A stretch of 64,000 nucleotides of DNA from Flectonema sp. DT1601. Taxonomy: Eukaryota. The stretch spans positions 806,001-870,000 of the forward strand of contig OZ025793.1 in assembly GCA_964019425.1 (NCBI GenBank), written 5' to 3'. The position numbers and the translations under genes are program-made. Below the pieces are notes generated by a model, which was not told where the DNA came from, did not search any database, and saw only the letters and a list, made by a program, of their open reading frames with translations. Positions 20,766-31,820 of this stretch are shown in pieces. Within the stretch, counting starts at the first letter, position 1. Every line of letters begins with the position of its first letter.

Positions 20766-22313
20766 TCAGTAGTATCTGGATGGTGATCCCAAAGCAGCCA
20801 ACTTGGCGTCGAGAATTGGACTTCCGGATCCGATGCTTCTCAACGGAGATCCAGCTCCAACAGCAGCGAGAGGAGACAACGGGTCGACAAGTGCAACAGT
20901 ATGTCTTGGGCTTGCACTGTGAACAGCTCTCGTCAGCGAAGCAGCACGTGCAACGTCTCCGGCCCTCGCAGCATCCAACCCGGCGAGTCTCGCAGACGCG
21001 TGTGCCCCAGCCTCAACTCCCGTCGCGGCAACCTCCCTCGCCCCGGCAGCTGCAAGTGCTCCATGCTCCTGTGCGTGTCTCACTCTCTCGATCGAAGCAT
21101 GAGTCACGGCCGCTCCGTGTGCCCCGCGGGCAGCAACTTCGTTCGCAGACGCGTGTGCGTAGGTCGCATGTGCTCCCTCCAACATCCTTCCGCTTCTTCT
21201 GAGAGATCCGTGCGCTTCTGCAACATTTCCGTGTGCCGCCGCTTCCTCCACTCCACGCGCAGCCAACTCAGCTCTCGCAGCCGCAGCATCCCTCGCCGCC
21301 ACTGAAGCACCCGCCACCGCAACCTGCGCATCCCTGTCCGCCAAAGCGAGTCTCGACGAAGCATTCGTTGCCCCGGCGTGCTCAGCCGCAGCCCTTCTCG
21401 CAGCCGCATCCGCCTCAGCAGCAGTCGCCCCGTGGTGCAAGGCACGGGCCCTCGCCTGCTGCTCAACAGCCGCCGCTTCCGCTCTCGACTGTGCCGCAGC
21501 AACACGGGCAGCGTCCGCTTCTCTACCAGCAACAGCCAACGCCGTGGTCGCCGCACGTTCCGCAGCAGCAGCTTCCCGTGCCGCCGCCGCAGCCGCCGCC
21601 GCAGCCGCAGCAGCCTCAGCCCTTCTCGCCTCAGCCATCGCGGCCTGTGCCTCGATTCCAGCAGCCCTGTCTCTCGACAACGCAGCCGCAGTCGTCGCTT
21701 CCTGTGCGAGTGCCGCCGCAGCCCTCTCCCCGGCCCTCGCGTTCGCAGCATCCGCCCCGGCCGCAGTCGCTCTCGCCGCAGCCACGTTTGCCTCAACTGA
21801 CCTTCCGTTTCTCACAGCTCCCAGTTGAGCCGCAGTCGCCGTCGCCGACGCGCTGTGCAAGTCACGATCCGCAGCCCTTCTCCCCGCAAGGTCCCTGTCC
21901 AGTGCCTTCGCTCCCAGAACTCCCTCCGCTGCAGCAAGGTGTGCCTGGTTTCTCTGGAACTCAACTCCCCTCACCGAAACTTCTGATCCCGCGGCGGTCG
22001 CCGCAATCGCAGATGACTGGTGGGCAACAGCAGCAGCTCCCTCCCTCATCGAAGCGTCAGCAGCAAGTCTTCCCTGCAGAGCGGTTCTTCCCGATTGCGC
22101 AATCGCTCCCGCTCTGGCATGGCTCGCGTTCATCGAAGCCGCCGCAGCCGACGACGACATCAAACCAGCCCTCGCCGATGCTTCGATCGATCCGGCGCGG
22201 GCAGCAGCTTCTCCGACAGCGTAGGTGTGTCCCACAGCGGCGTGCACAGGATCATCAACGATTACCGCTCTTGGGCTCAGGCTGGCAGCGAGACGAGGAG
22301 ACAAGTAGGCCAT
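20766..22313 (-). CDS. Alanine-rich predicted coiled-coil protein, copy 2
   Basis: Translation identical to 8004-9551. Confidence 0.85.
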   Translation of the reverse strand: MAYLSPRLAASLSPRAVIVDDPVHAAVGHTYAVGEAAARAGSIEASARAGLMSSSAAAASMNASHARAGAIAQSGRTALQGRLAADASMREGAAAVAHQSSAIAATAAGSEVSVRGVEFQRNQAHLAAAEGVLGAKALDRDLAGRRAADRDLHSASATATAAQLGAVRNGRSVEANVAAARATAAGADAANARAGERAAAALAQEATTAAALSRDRAAGIEAQAAMAEARRAEAAAAAAAAAAAAREAAAAERAATTALAVAGREADAARVAAAQSRAEAAAVEQQARARALHHGATAAEADAAARRAAAEHAGATNASSRLALADRDAQVAVAGASVAARDAAAARAELAARGVEEAAAHGNVAEAHGSLRRSGRMLEGAHATYAHASANEVAARGAHGAAVTHASIERVRHAQEHGALAAAGAREVAATGVEAGAHASARLAGLDAARAGDVARAASLTRAVHSASPRHTVALVDPLSPLAAVGAGSPLRSIGSGSPILDAKLAALGSPSRYY

Positions 22314-23024
22314 TGTTGAGTGTGTGTGTGTGGTAAGGTGTCGATTGGAAACTGTGATGAGAATAAACTAATCAAATGGAAGCTAACGATCTCCGGGTAG
22401 AATTAAAACGAATTATTTAGTCACAGATCTTCATACACATGACGTGCTTCTACCTACAGAAAAGAGAGAATATGGGATAATACCTGAGACTCACCTGACA
22501 AAATCACTTTTATCTACCAGTTAAGGGATCACACATAGAGAGCAACACACACAAAGGAGGTGAAAAAAAGTCTGTTTTAGCCACCCCTCCATGATAGTTA
22601 CCAATAATATATAACAAAGAGAGAGGAAGAAAATTAATTTAAAACCCGTTGTTTGCAAACACCACGGCAACATGAGCAAACAAAAACGTATTGGATGTGT
22701 AACAACACGGTACTGACACACCCGAATATTGCAATAGAGAGAGACAGAGGGAGGGGAAATAGCGCTGAGGGTGGCAACAATAATTGCACCGCCTTCTGCA
22801 GCATGGGGAGTGTGGTGGGCCATTCGGCACCATAAGTTAACATAAATAAAGTGGAAGAAGCAAGCAAGAGTGAGAGGGAAAAGGAAAGTCAAATTATTTT
22901 GTGGAAATCAGAACATGACTAAATGAAAGTACATGTACTTTATAAACATATTAACGAATGAAGGAGTTTCCTTTCTTTTTATAACGGACAGAAGCAAAGA
23001 AGGAATAAACAAACTGACACCCCA

Positions 23025-24908
23025 CTAGCACTGACAACCTTCACAGTCGCAACCATATGTGCCTTCAAGGACACTACATTGGTAACCACGTGAGACCCAA
23101 TAGTCACAGCTGCGTCTTGAGCATCCCCTGCTGTTGCTACATCCTCCCGAAGAGGCAGGTGCCTGCGTCGATGGCGAAGAGGCAGGTGGCGAAGGAGCCG
23201 ATGAGCAAGCATTGCATCCACTGCAATCACAACGACTTAAACTACCGCAACCATACCCTTTCTCATTCCAGTAGTCACAACTCCTTCCGTAACAATTACT
23301 TGTGTCAACACATCCCTGTGCTGGAGTTGACGCCGCAGGTTGGGATGTCGGCGCCGGAGCACTTCCACAATTGGAACACCCCGTGCAATCACAACGACTT
23401 AAACTGCTGCAACCGCACCCTCTTGAGAACCAGTAGTCGCAACTCTCTCCATAGCAACCGCTTTGATCAGCACATCCCGTAGGAGGGGTCGGCGGTGTTG
23501 GTGGAGACGTCGGGGCCGGCGGTGTTGGCGTTGTTGGCGGGGTCGGTGGTGTTGGTGGAGACGTCGGGGCCGGCGGTGTTGGCGTTGTTGGCGGGGTCGG
23601 TGGTGTTGGTGGAGACGTCGGGGCCGGCGGTGTTGGCGTTGTTGGCGGGGTCGGTGTTCTTGGTGGAGATGTCGGGGTCGGAGGTGTTGGTGGAGATGGC
23701 GGGGTCGGTGTTGTTGGTGGAAACTCCTCTCCATCACAAGGAATGTTAAGCATCTTATTCGGTGCTCCACGAGTGTCAGAGATAAATCCATTTCCTGCAT
23801 TACTCAACAACCAGTCTGTCACGTCCCCCGATGACGCCGTAGGGTTCTGTCCGAGGAATACGGCCATCGCTCCCGCAACGTGCGGAGATGACATGGAAGT
23901 GCCCGATAAAGTCGCAGTCGCCGAATCGTGTGATGCCCCAGCAGACACGATGTTGGACCCAGGAGCGAAGATGTCGGTACAAGACCCAAAGTTGGAAAAC
24001 GATGATCGAGAATCTCTAGAAGTCGTCGAAGCAACAGTCACCGCAGAAGGTGCCGAAGCAGGGCTCTTTGAGCAGGCGTCTCCGTTATCGTTACCAGCAG
24101 ACACAGCGAAGCTGACCCCAGAGCGAATAGCTGCTTCGACAGCATCATTCTCAGAGCGAGAACGGCTACCACCCAGAGACATGTTCACGAGTGACGGTCT
24201 ACCGGTGCGACGAGCCTGCTCGACTACCCACTGAATCCCCCTAATGATACCCGCTGTCGTACCTCGTCCATTATCTCCGAGTACCTTAACTGCGATGACG
24301 TTCGCCCGCTTCGCCACTCCGTACGTCTTCCCAGCCACAGTCCCAGCAACGTGGGTTCCATGGCCTTGGCGGTCTGAATTCGATGAACCACTCACAAAGT
24401 TTTCTCCCCAGGTGCACCTTTCCCCATCAAACTCGTCGTGCGAGCAGCGAATCCCCGTGTCCAGTATGTACGCATCGACTCCCTCGCCCCACCTCGCGTT
24501 GTGCGAGAACGTTGACCCAACATCGCTCGCACGCTCAACAGTTACTCGCTTCTGTCCCCACGAAACGGGTGAACGCTGGCTGTTTGGACACGTTTCCTGA
24601 GTAATGCGAGCGATCTGAACAGGCTCATAGTACTCTACAATACCTTTGTCACCCTTCGCAATCTCACTATCAGCCCATGCCTTCAATGAGTCGTCGAGTT
24701 CTGATTCAACCGCTTCAAAGGTCTCTCCGATTTGACACAGCCGACCTCCTTGCTGTGAGGACATAATTTTGTCATTCGCTGCACTTCTTTTGATACCGTT
24801 TCGGTACTTTACGATGTACTTGCCCTGAACGATATCTCCATCTGCTTGAACTGCCTGAGAGTTCGCTAATGAAAGGACGTATCCAACTAGAAATATCGAA
24901 GTCTTCAT
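23025..24908 (-). CDS. Secreted subtilisin subtype B, 627 aa
   Basis: Same architecture as subtype A, with SAGN and GTSMSSPH motifs and a longer Pro/Thr linker built from 54-bp repeats. Confidence 0.95.
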   Translation of the reverse strand: MKTSIFLVGYVLSLANSQAVQADGDIVQGKYIVKYRNGIKRSAANDKIMSSQQGGRLCQIGETFEAVESELDDSLKAWADSEIAKGDKGIVEYYEPVQIARITQETCPNSQRSPVSWGQKRVTVERASDVGSTFSHNARWGEGVDAYILDTGIRCSHDEFDGERCTWGENFVSGSSNSDRQGHGTHVAGTVAGKTYGVAKRANVIAVKVLGDNGRGTTAGIIRGIQWVVEQARRTGRPSLVNMSLGGSRSRSENDAVEAAIRSGVSFAVSAGNDNGDACSKSPASAPSAVTVASTTSRDSRSSFSNFGSCTDIFAPGSNIVSAGASHDSATATLSGTSMSSPHVAGAMAVFLGQNPTASSGDVTDWLLSNAGNGFISDTRGAPNKMLNIPCDGEEFPPTTPTPPSPPTPPTPTSPPRTPTPPTTPTPPAPTSPPTPPTPPTTPTPPAPTSPPTPPTPPTTPTPPAPTSPPTPPTPPTGCADQSGCYGESCDYWFSRGCGCSSLSRCDCTGCSNCGSAPAPTSQPAASTPAQGCVDTSNCYGRSCDYWNEKGYGCGSLSRCDCSGCNACSSAPSPPASSPSTQAPASSGGCSNSRGCSRRSCDYWVSRGYQCSVLEGTYGCDCEGCQC

Positions 24909-25586
24909 TTTGAATTCGAGAAACTGAATTATTTAAATATATTAACAAAATTACATTCAAAATGAAACACAATACGGAGAAGAGATCACTCGTCGCTCGT
25001 CAAACGTAAAAAGCTGCGTCGTCTATACGAAGATTTATCTACCAGTTAAGGGATCACACATAGAGAGCAACACACACAAAGGAGGTGAAAAAAAGTCTGT
25101 TTTAGCCACCCCTCCATGATAGTTACCAATAATATATAACAAAGAGAGGAAGAAAATTAAATTTTTTTATATGTAGAATCCGTTGTTTGCAAACATCACG
25201 GCAACATGAGCAAACAAAAACGTATTGGATGTGTAACAACACGGTACTGACACACCCGAATATTGCAATAGAGAGAGACAGAGGGAGGGGAAATAGCGCT
25301 GAGGGTGGCAACAATTGCACCGCCTCTTCTTTCCATTTCATCGGCACCACGCCTGTTCAGCTGTCGCATGGGGAGTGTAGTGGGCCATACGGCACCATAA
25401 GTTAATATAAATAAAGTGGAAGAAACGAGAGTGGCAGGGAAGAGGAAAGTCAAATTATTTTGAACATGACTAAATGAAAGTACATGTACTTTATAAACAT
25501 ATTATCAACGCGATGAACAACGAAGGAGTTTCCTTTCTTTTTAAAACGGAAAGAAGCAAAGAAGGAATAAACAAACTGACACCCCA

Positions 25587-27332
25587 CTAGCACTGACAAC
25601 CTTCACAGTCGCAACCATATCTGCCTTCAAGGACACTACATTGGTAACCACGTGAGACCCAATAGTCACAGCTGCGTCTTGAGCATCCCCTGCTGTTGCG
25701 ACATCTTCCCGAAGAAGCAGGTGCCCGAGTCGGTGGCGAAGGAGCCGATGAGCAAGAATTGCATCCACTGCAATCACAACGACTTAAACTACCGCAACCA
25801 TACCCCCTCCCATTCCAGTAGTCACAACTCCTTCCGTAACAACCACTTGTGTCAGTACATCCACGTGCTGGAGGCGCAGGTCGGGATGGTGGCGACGGAG
25901 CATTTCTCCCACAATTCGAACACCCCGTGCAATCACAGCGGGTCAAACTGCTGCAACCGTACCCTCTTGAGACCCAGTAGTCGCAACTCCTTCCAAAGCA
26001 ACCGGTCTGATCAGCACATCCCGAAGGAGGGGACGGTGGTGTTGGTGGAGATGGCCTGGTTGGTGGAGATGGCGGAGATGGCCTAGTTGGTGGAGATGGC
26101 GGAGATGGCCTAGTTGGTGGAGATGGCGGGGTCGGTGGTGTCGGTGGAGAGCTTCCATCACAAGGAATGTTAAGCATCTTATTCGGTGCCCCACGAGGGT
26201 CAGAGATAAATCCATTTCCTGCATTACTCAACAACCAGTTTGTCACGTCCCCCGATGACGCTGAAGGGTTCTGTCCGAGGAATACGGCCATCGCTCCCGC
26301 AACGTGCGGAGATGCCATGGAAGTGCCCGATAAAGTCGCAGTCGCCGAATCGCGTGATATCCCAGCAGACACGATGCTGGACCCAGGAGCGAAGATGTCG
26401 GTACAAGACCCAAAGTTGGAAAACGATGATCGAGCATCTCTAGAAGTCATCGAAGCAACAGTCACCGCAGAAGGTGCCGAGGCAGGGCTCGATGAGCAGG
26501 CGTCTCCGTTTTCGTTACCAGCAGCCACAGCGAAGCTGACCCCAGAGCGAAAAGCTGCTTCGACAGCATCATTCGTAGAGCGAGAACGGCCACCACCCAG
26601 AGACATGTTCACGAGTGACGGTCTACCGGTGCGACGAGCCTGCTCGACTACCCACTGAATCCCCCTAATGATACCCGCTGTCGAACCTCCTCCATCATCA
26701 CCCAGTACCTTAACTGCGATGACGTTCGCCCGCTTCGCCACTCCGTACGTCTTCCCAGCCACAGTCCCAGCAACGTGGGTTCCATGGCCTTGGCGGTCTG
26801 AATTCGATGAACCACTCACAAAGTTTTCTCCCCAGGTGCACCTTCCTCCATCAAATTCGTCGTGCGAGCAGCGAATCCCCGTGTCCAGTATGTACGCATC
26901 AACTCCCTCGCCCCACCTCGCGTTGTGTAAGTACGTTGACCCAACATCGCTCGCACGCTCAACAGTTACTCGCTTCTGTCCCCACGAAACGGGTGAACGC
27001 TGGCTGTTTGGACACGTTTGCTGACTAATGCGAACGATCTGAACAGGCTCATAGTACTCTACAATACCTTTGTCACCCTTCGCAATCTCACTATCAGCCC
27101 ATGCCTTCAATGAGTCGTCGAGTTCTGATTCAACCGCTTCAAAGGTCTCTCCGATTTGGCACAGCTGACCTCCTTGCTGTGAGGACATAATTTTGTCATT
27201 CGCTGCACTTCTTTTGATACCGTTTCGGTACTTTACGATGTACTTGCCCTGAACGATATCTTCATCTGCTTGAACTGCCTGAGAGTTCGCTAATGAAAGG
27301 ACGTATCCAACTAGAAATATCGAAGTCTTCAT
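25587..27332 (-). CDS. Secreted subtilisin subtype A, 581 aa
   Basis: Subtype A with one extra 27-bp linker unit (PSPPSPPTR) and a few substitutions. Confidence 0.95.
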   Translation of the reverse strand: MKTSIFLVGYVLSLANSQAVQADEDIVQGKYIVKYRNGIKRSAANDKIMSSQQGGQLCQIGETFEAVESELDDSLKAWADSEIAKGDKGIVEYYEPVQIVRISQQTCPNSQRSPVSWGQKRVTVERASDVGSTYLHNARWGEGVDAYILDTGIRCSHDEFDGGRCTWGENFVSGSSNSDRQGHGTHVAGTVAGKTYGVAKRANVIAVKVLGDDGGGSTAGIIRGIQWVVEQARRTGRPSLVNMSLGGGRSRSTNDAVEAAFRSGVSFAVAAGNENGDACSSSPASAPSAVTVASMTSRDARSSFSNFGSCTDIFAPGSSIVSAGISRDSATATLSGTSMASPHVAGAMAVFLGQNPSASSGDVTNWLLSNAGNGFISDPRGAPNKMLNIPCDGSSPPTPPTPPSPPTRPSPPSPPTRPSPPSPPTRPSPPTPPSPPSGCADQTGCFGRSCDYWVSRGYGCSSLTRCDCTGCSNCGRNAPSPPSRPAPPARGCTDTSGCYGRSCDYWNGRGYGCGSLSRCDCSGCNSCSSAPSPPTRAPASSGRCRNSRGCSRRSCDYWVSRGYQCSVLEGRYGCDCEGCQC

Positions 27333-27632
27333 TTTGAATTCGGGAAACTGAATTATTTAAATATATTAACAAAATTACATTCGAAATGAAACACGCAACT
27401 CACGCAACCTTTTCCTTGTAGCAACAGTACAAATGCAAAAATTCGTAGTACAACGAACAAGAAAAGGGTTGGTTTCGGGCTAAAATTAAAAAATCTTTCT
27501 TCAAACTATTCTTACTGATGGTTAATATCATTAATTTTAGTATAGAAAAGTGAGAATAAAAAAAAATATATAGAGACTAGTAAAAGAAAAGTATCCATTT
27601 CCGCAATCTCCTAACATCTATGGAGATGATTA

Positions 27633-27745
27633 TTAATTTTCTTCATCAACATCCCAGTCAAGCATTTTGGTATTCTCCCCGATGTCATGCAAAGCAACAA
27701 TTGAGTTATTTATTTGCTCCGAAGTAAATCCGTCGAATTTAGGAA
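27633..27745 (-). pseudogene. Truncated 3' copy of the 87-aa ORF
   Basis: 27333-27745 duplicates about 12021-12433. Identity stops at TTTAGGAA, where the ORF1-like insert begins. Confidence 0.6.
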
Positions 27746-27752
27746 GTGGTTG

Positions 27753-29465
27753 CTAATTCCGCGAGTAGTCCCGTTTCTCATTACGATCAAAACGGTCAGC
27801 CATTTCAGACTTAGTAGGAATAGCAGAGTTAGCTCGTTGCCTACTTGAGACGGTCAGCCTCTGAGATCCCGATCCTTTATCATTATTCAGAGACTCAATC
27901 TCCTTTCGAAGACACCTATTCGCATCCCTCTCTTCAGCAAGGTCCTGCCGTAGACTCTTCACAGCCGCCGTTAGTTCAGTAACCTGCGATACCAATTTAG
28001 AAATGTCGGATTGTTGACAGTTGTACTGCGAAGGCGGGAGGGGCAGCTGCTGTTTGTTCGATTGTGGCGTTTGCAGATATTGCTGATTTTGCTGAGAAAC
28101 AGGCGGTGGCGATAAATCAATTCCAACAGATGGCGCAGCGTTAGGTTGACAGAGGTGAGGAAACTCGTCCAGGTCCATCTTATCGGGATTCTGCTTGCCG
28201 AGGCCCACCTCTTTGATTGTGATCATGTCATCACGAAGAATGATGAAGTTACTCTTGGGTTTCTCCTTGGCCACTACAATCATCTTAGGAAGCTCCTTTC
28301 TGCTCCTGTACCGAACAACGACGCTAATCTCCCACCCTTGGTGAGCACAGACTTGCACCACTTCAAGCGAACTCATCGCATCAATAGATCGGCTCCTCAA
28401 ACAGAACTTGAGGCCTTCAGGTGGAGGCGGCAGTGCATTCTCACCCAGCTTCGATCGCACGTAATCTTCGTCGGTCTTCAGACACACAATCCCCAGCTTG
28501 CGTGAGTGGCGGTAGAACCTCAGAGGCAACCGGAGTTCACCGGCTAGCGATGAGGCTAACTTAAAATCCACCGTGAGCTGGATTGACGTCCTGCACGGTG
28601 CTGAGTCTGCGAAATTCGGTACTGATAAGAAGTACCCACCACTCCCACTTGCCCCTCTCAAGGCGTCAACAGCGTCTGCTGGCACCCTCATGTTCACAGA
28701 CTTAACATGAGGGTCTGTTTCCTTCTTGTTGGCAGGGCACAAGAGGTGCGGCTCGATAGGCAGGTTCGTAACTGCTGTGTAGTAGTCGGAAGCCTTCTTG
28801 CATAATTCACTCGGCGAAGGCACCTTGTCGTTGGAGTGGAGCGCGTGGTGGTGGAACAATACCACTCGATTGTCACCGGCAGTCAGAGCGTCTCCACGGA
28901 AGAGGGTAGCTGGTTTCCCGGTTGATACAATCCAAACGGTCCGATGTGTCAGTACACCGTCGTTTACCACCGCCGGGAACTGTATCTTCTTACCGCCCCC
29001 AGGGTTTTTCTTGCAAATTACCGAGAGGTTTGTTCCCGGTCGGAGTTTAATCATCGCCTCTGCATCAGAGGCCGTGCCCAGAGACACACCACACGTAATC
29101 GACGTGTTAAAAACGCCAGACGTCGAAATTACTGGAACAGACCAGTCATCATCACGGAGTCGGCAGTCCCACCGCTTCTCCTGCACATTCGGCAAATTAG
29201 TTGCTGCCTTCCCATCACATCGGACCTCCTTCAGTCCACTAAACGAATTCAGCGCTTGAGCCGGCTCGGGCTTGCGCTTCACTACCTTGGGCCGCTTACC
29301 ACGTACCCTCGTCCATTCTTCATTCATCGGCGATAAATCCACCGATGGCTTCTCTCCCCCGTTGCGTTTAGTAACCCCCTTTACATTCAAACCCTTCTGT
29401 ATCTCACCGAGCATGCCCACCATCTTCTCCAGCATCAGGCCAAATAGGCCTGGATCCAATGTCAT
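27753..29465 (-). CDS. Putative non-LTR retrotransposon ORF1 (gag-like) protein, 570 aa, with no adjacent ORF2
   Basis: WTRVRGKR basic motif, central alpha/beta region, Q/P-rich linker and C-terminal coiled coil. It lies in a segment (27746 to ~29586) absent from the paralogous spacers. The family call is resemblance from memory only. Confidence 0.6.
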   Translation of the reverse strand: MTLDPGLFGLMLEKMVGMLGEIQKGLNVKGVTKRNGGEKPSVDLSPMNEEWTRVRGKRPKVVKRKPEPAQALNSFSGLKEVRCDGKAATNLPNVQEKRWDCRLRDDDWSVPVISTSGVFNTSITCGVSLGTASDAEAMIKLRPGTNLSVICKKNPGGGKKIQFPAVVNDGVLTHRTVWIVSTGKPATLFRGDALTAGDNRVVLFHHHALHSNDKVPSPSELCKKASDYYTAVTNLPIEPHLLCPANKKETDPHVKSVNMRVPADAVDALRGASGSGGYFLSVPNFADSAPCRTSIQLTVDFKLASSLAGELRLPLRFYRHSRKLGIVCLKTDEDYVRSKLGENALPPPPEGLKFCLRSRSIDAMSSLEVVQVCAHQGWEISVVVRYRSRKELPKMIVVAKEKPKSNFIILRDDMITIKEVGLGKQNPDKMDLDEFPHLCQPNAAPSVGIDLSPPPVSQQNQQYLQTPQSNKQQLPLPPSQYNCQQSDISKLVSQVTELTAAVKSLRQDLAEERDANRCLRKEIESLNNDKGSGSQRLTVSSRQRANSAIPTKSEMADRFDRNEKRDYSRN

Positions 29466-29485
29466 AGTTGTTAATTATTGGAAAT

Positions 29486-29499
29486 CAATAAAGTACAGA
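29486..29499 (-). other. Spliced-leader 3'-end relic
   Basis: Minus strand reads TCTGTACTTTATTG, ending 20 nt before the ATG at 29465. This matches the conserved 3' end of kinetoplastid/diplonemid SL exons (..TTTCTGTACTTTATTG). Confidence 0.8.
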
Positions 29500-30057
29500 C
29501 TTAGGTATCGTGAGTACAAAAGGATGGCAAACGAATACTCGTCAGAGATATATGGTTCAGCTCAAAAAGAGGAAACAATGGAGTTTTAAATCTACTGATT
29601 GGACACCGCCGGAAGTGTCAACAGCAGAAACTAAAGAGTAGATCTCATGGTTACCTTCGTGTGGATATTTAAACTTCGAGAAAACAGAAAAAGAGTAAAC
29701 TAAATTGCAATAATATAGTATTTTTTTATTTGCACAAGGAAAAATAATACTACGTTATTTCCATTCCATCACCGAACGTGAGAAGACTAGACTACCTTCT
29801 TCATTGCTTTAAATCCTGGGAAGTTAAATTGAACATAAGCGGGTCGTGTTTGTCAAAACCAAATCAAAAGCGAACGCACAAGAAAAAGTACAACAATTGC
29901 AGAACAGAGGAAGACAACAACAAGTAACTATAAGCGGAATACCGAAGTACACCACGGCAGTTCAGAATTAAACAGAGAACTTAACAAAGAATACAAGTTT
30001 TCTTTTTTTCTTTTTCTTTTTTTTTTTGGATATTTTTCTTTTGTGTTTTATTTTTAT

Positions 30058-30097
<40 letters not shown>

Positions 30098-30272
30098 CTA
30101 ACGACACAAATACATCAACCCAGTGCGGTGAACAGGGACAAGGCACAGCTAACTTGTTCACAATGACAAGTTCTTACACATGCCGACTCCTCTCCTTTCC
30201 TCTCTCCTTTCTTCTCCTCTCCATTACATTCAGGACATAGCTTAACCACATGAATAGCAGTCAATCAATAGC

Positions 30273-31820
30273 TCAGTAGTATCTGGATGGTGATCCCAAA
30301 GCAGCCAACTTGGCGTCGAGAATTGGACTTCCGGATCCGATGCTTCTCAACGGAGATCCAGCTCCAACAGCAGCGAGAGGAGACAACGGGTCGACAAGTG
30401 CAACAGTATGTCTTGGGCTTGCACTGTGAACAGCTCTCGTCAGCGAAGCAGCACGTGCAACGTCTCCGGCCCTCGCAGCATCCAACCCGGCGAGTCTCGC
30501 AGACGCGTGTGCCCCAGCCTCAACTCCCGTCGCGGCAACCTCCCTCGCCCCGGCAGCTGCAAGTGCTCCATGCTCCTGTGCGTGTCTCACTCTCTCGATC
30601 GAAGCATGAGTCACGGCCGCTCCGTGTGCCCCGCGGGCAGCAACTTCGTTCGCAGACGCGTGTGCGTAGGTCGCATGTGCTCCCTCCAACATCCTTCCGC
30701 TTCTTCTGAGAGATCCGTGCGCTTCTGCAACATTTCCGTGTGCCGCCGCTTCCTCCACTCCACGCGCAGCCAACTCAGCTCTCGCAGCCGCAGCATCCCT
30801 CGCCGCCACTGAAGCACCCGCCACCGCAACCTGCGCATCCCTGTCCGCCAAAGCGAGTCTCGACGAAGCATTCGTTGCCCCGGCGTGCTCAGCCGCAGCC
30901 CTTCTCGCAGCCGCATCCGCCTCAGCAGCAGTCGCCCCGTGGTGCAAGGCACGGGCCCTCGCCTGCTGCTCAACAGCCGCCGCTTCCGCTCTCGACTGTG
31001 CCGCAGCAACACGGGCAGCGTCCGCTTCTCTACCAGCAACAGCCAACGCCGTGGTCGCCGCACGTTCCGCAGCAGCAGCTTCCCGTGCCGCCGCCGCAGC
31101 CGCCGCCGCAGCCGCAGCAGCCTCAGCCCTTCTCGCCTCAGCCATCGCGGCCTGTGCCTCGATTCCAGCAGCCCTGTCTCTCGACAACGCAGCCGCAGTC
31201 GTCGCTTCCTGTGCGAGTGCCGCCGCAGCCCTCTCCCCGGCCCTCGCGTTCGCAGCATCCGCCCCGGCCGCAGTCGCTCTCGCCGCAGCCACGTTTGCCT
31301 CAACTGACCTTCCGTTTCTCACAGCTCCCAGTTGAGCCGCAGTCGCCGTCGCCGACGCGCTGTGCAAGTCACGATCCGCAGCCCTTCTCCCCGCAAGGTC
31401 CCTGTCCAGTGCCTTCGCTCCCAGAACTCCCTCCGCTGCAGCAAGGTGTGCCTGGTTTCTCTGGAACTCAACTCCCCTCACCGAAACTTCTGATCCCGCG
31501 GCGGTCGCCGCAATCGCAGATGACTGGTGGGCAACAGCAGCAGCTCCCTCCCTCATCGAAGCGTCAGCAGCAAGTCTTCCCTGCAGAGCGGTTCTTCCCG
31601 ATTGCGCAATCGCTCCCGCTCTGGCATGGCTCGCGTTCATCGAAGCCGCCGCAGCCGACGACGACATCAAACCAGCCCTCGCCGATGCTTCGATCGATCC
31701 GGCGCGGGCAGCAGCTTCTCCGACAGCGTAGGTGTGTCCCACAGCGGCGTGCACAGGATCATCAACGATTACCGCTCTTGGGCTCAGGCTGGCAGCGAGA
31801 CGAGGAGACAAGTAGGCCAT
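30273..31820 (-). CDS. Alanine-rich predicted coiled-coil protein, copy 3
   Basis: Translation identical to the other two copies. Confidence 0.85.
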   Translation of the reverse strand: MAYLSPRLAASLSPRAVIVDDPVHAAVGHTYAVGEAAARAGSIEASARAGLMSSSAAAASMNASHARAGAIAQSGRTALQGRLAADASMREGAAAVAHQSSAIAATAAGSEVSVRGVEFQRNQAHLAAAEGVLGAKALDRDLAGRRAADRDLHSASATATAAQLGAVRNGRSVEANVAAARATAAGADAANARAGERAAAALAQEATTAAALSRDRAAGIEAQAAMAEARRAEAAAAAAAAAAAAREAAAAERAATTALAVAGREADAARVAAAQSRAEAAAVEQQARARALHHGATAAEADAAARRAAAEHAGATNASSRLALADRDAQVAVAGASVAARDAAAARAELAARGVEEAAAHGNVAEAHGSLRRSGRMLEGAHATYAHASANEVAARGAHGAAVTHASIERVRHAQEHGALAAAGAREVAATGVEAGAHASARLAGLDAARAGDVARAASLTRAVHSASPRHTVALVDPLSPLAAVGAGSPLRSIGSGSPILDAKLAALGSPSRYY

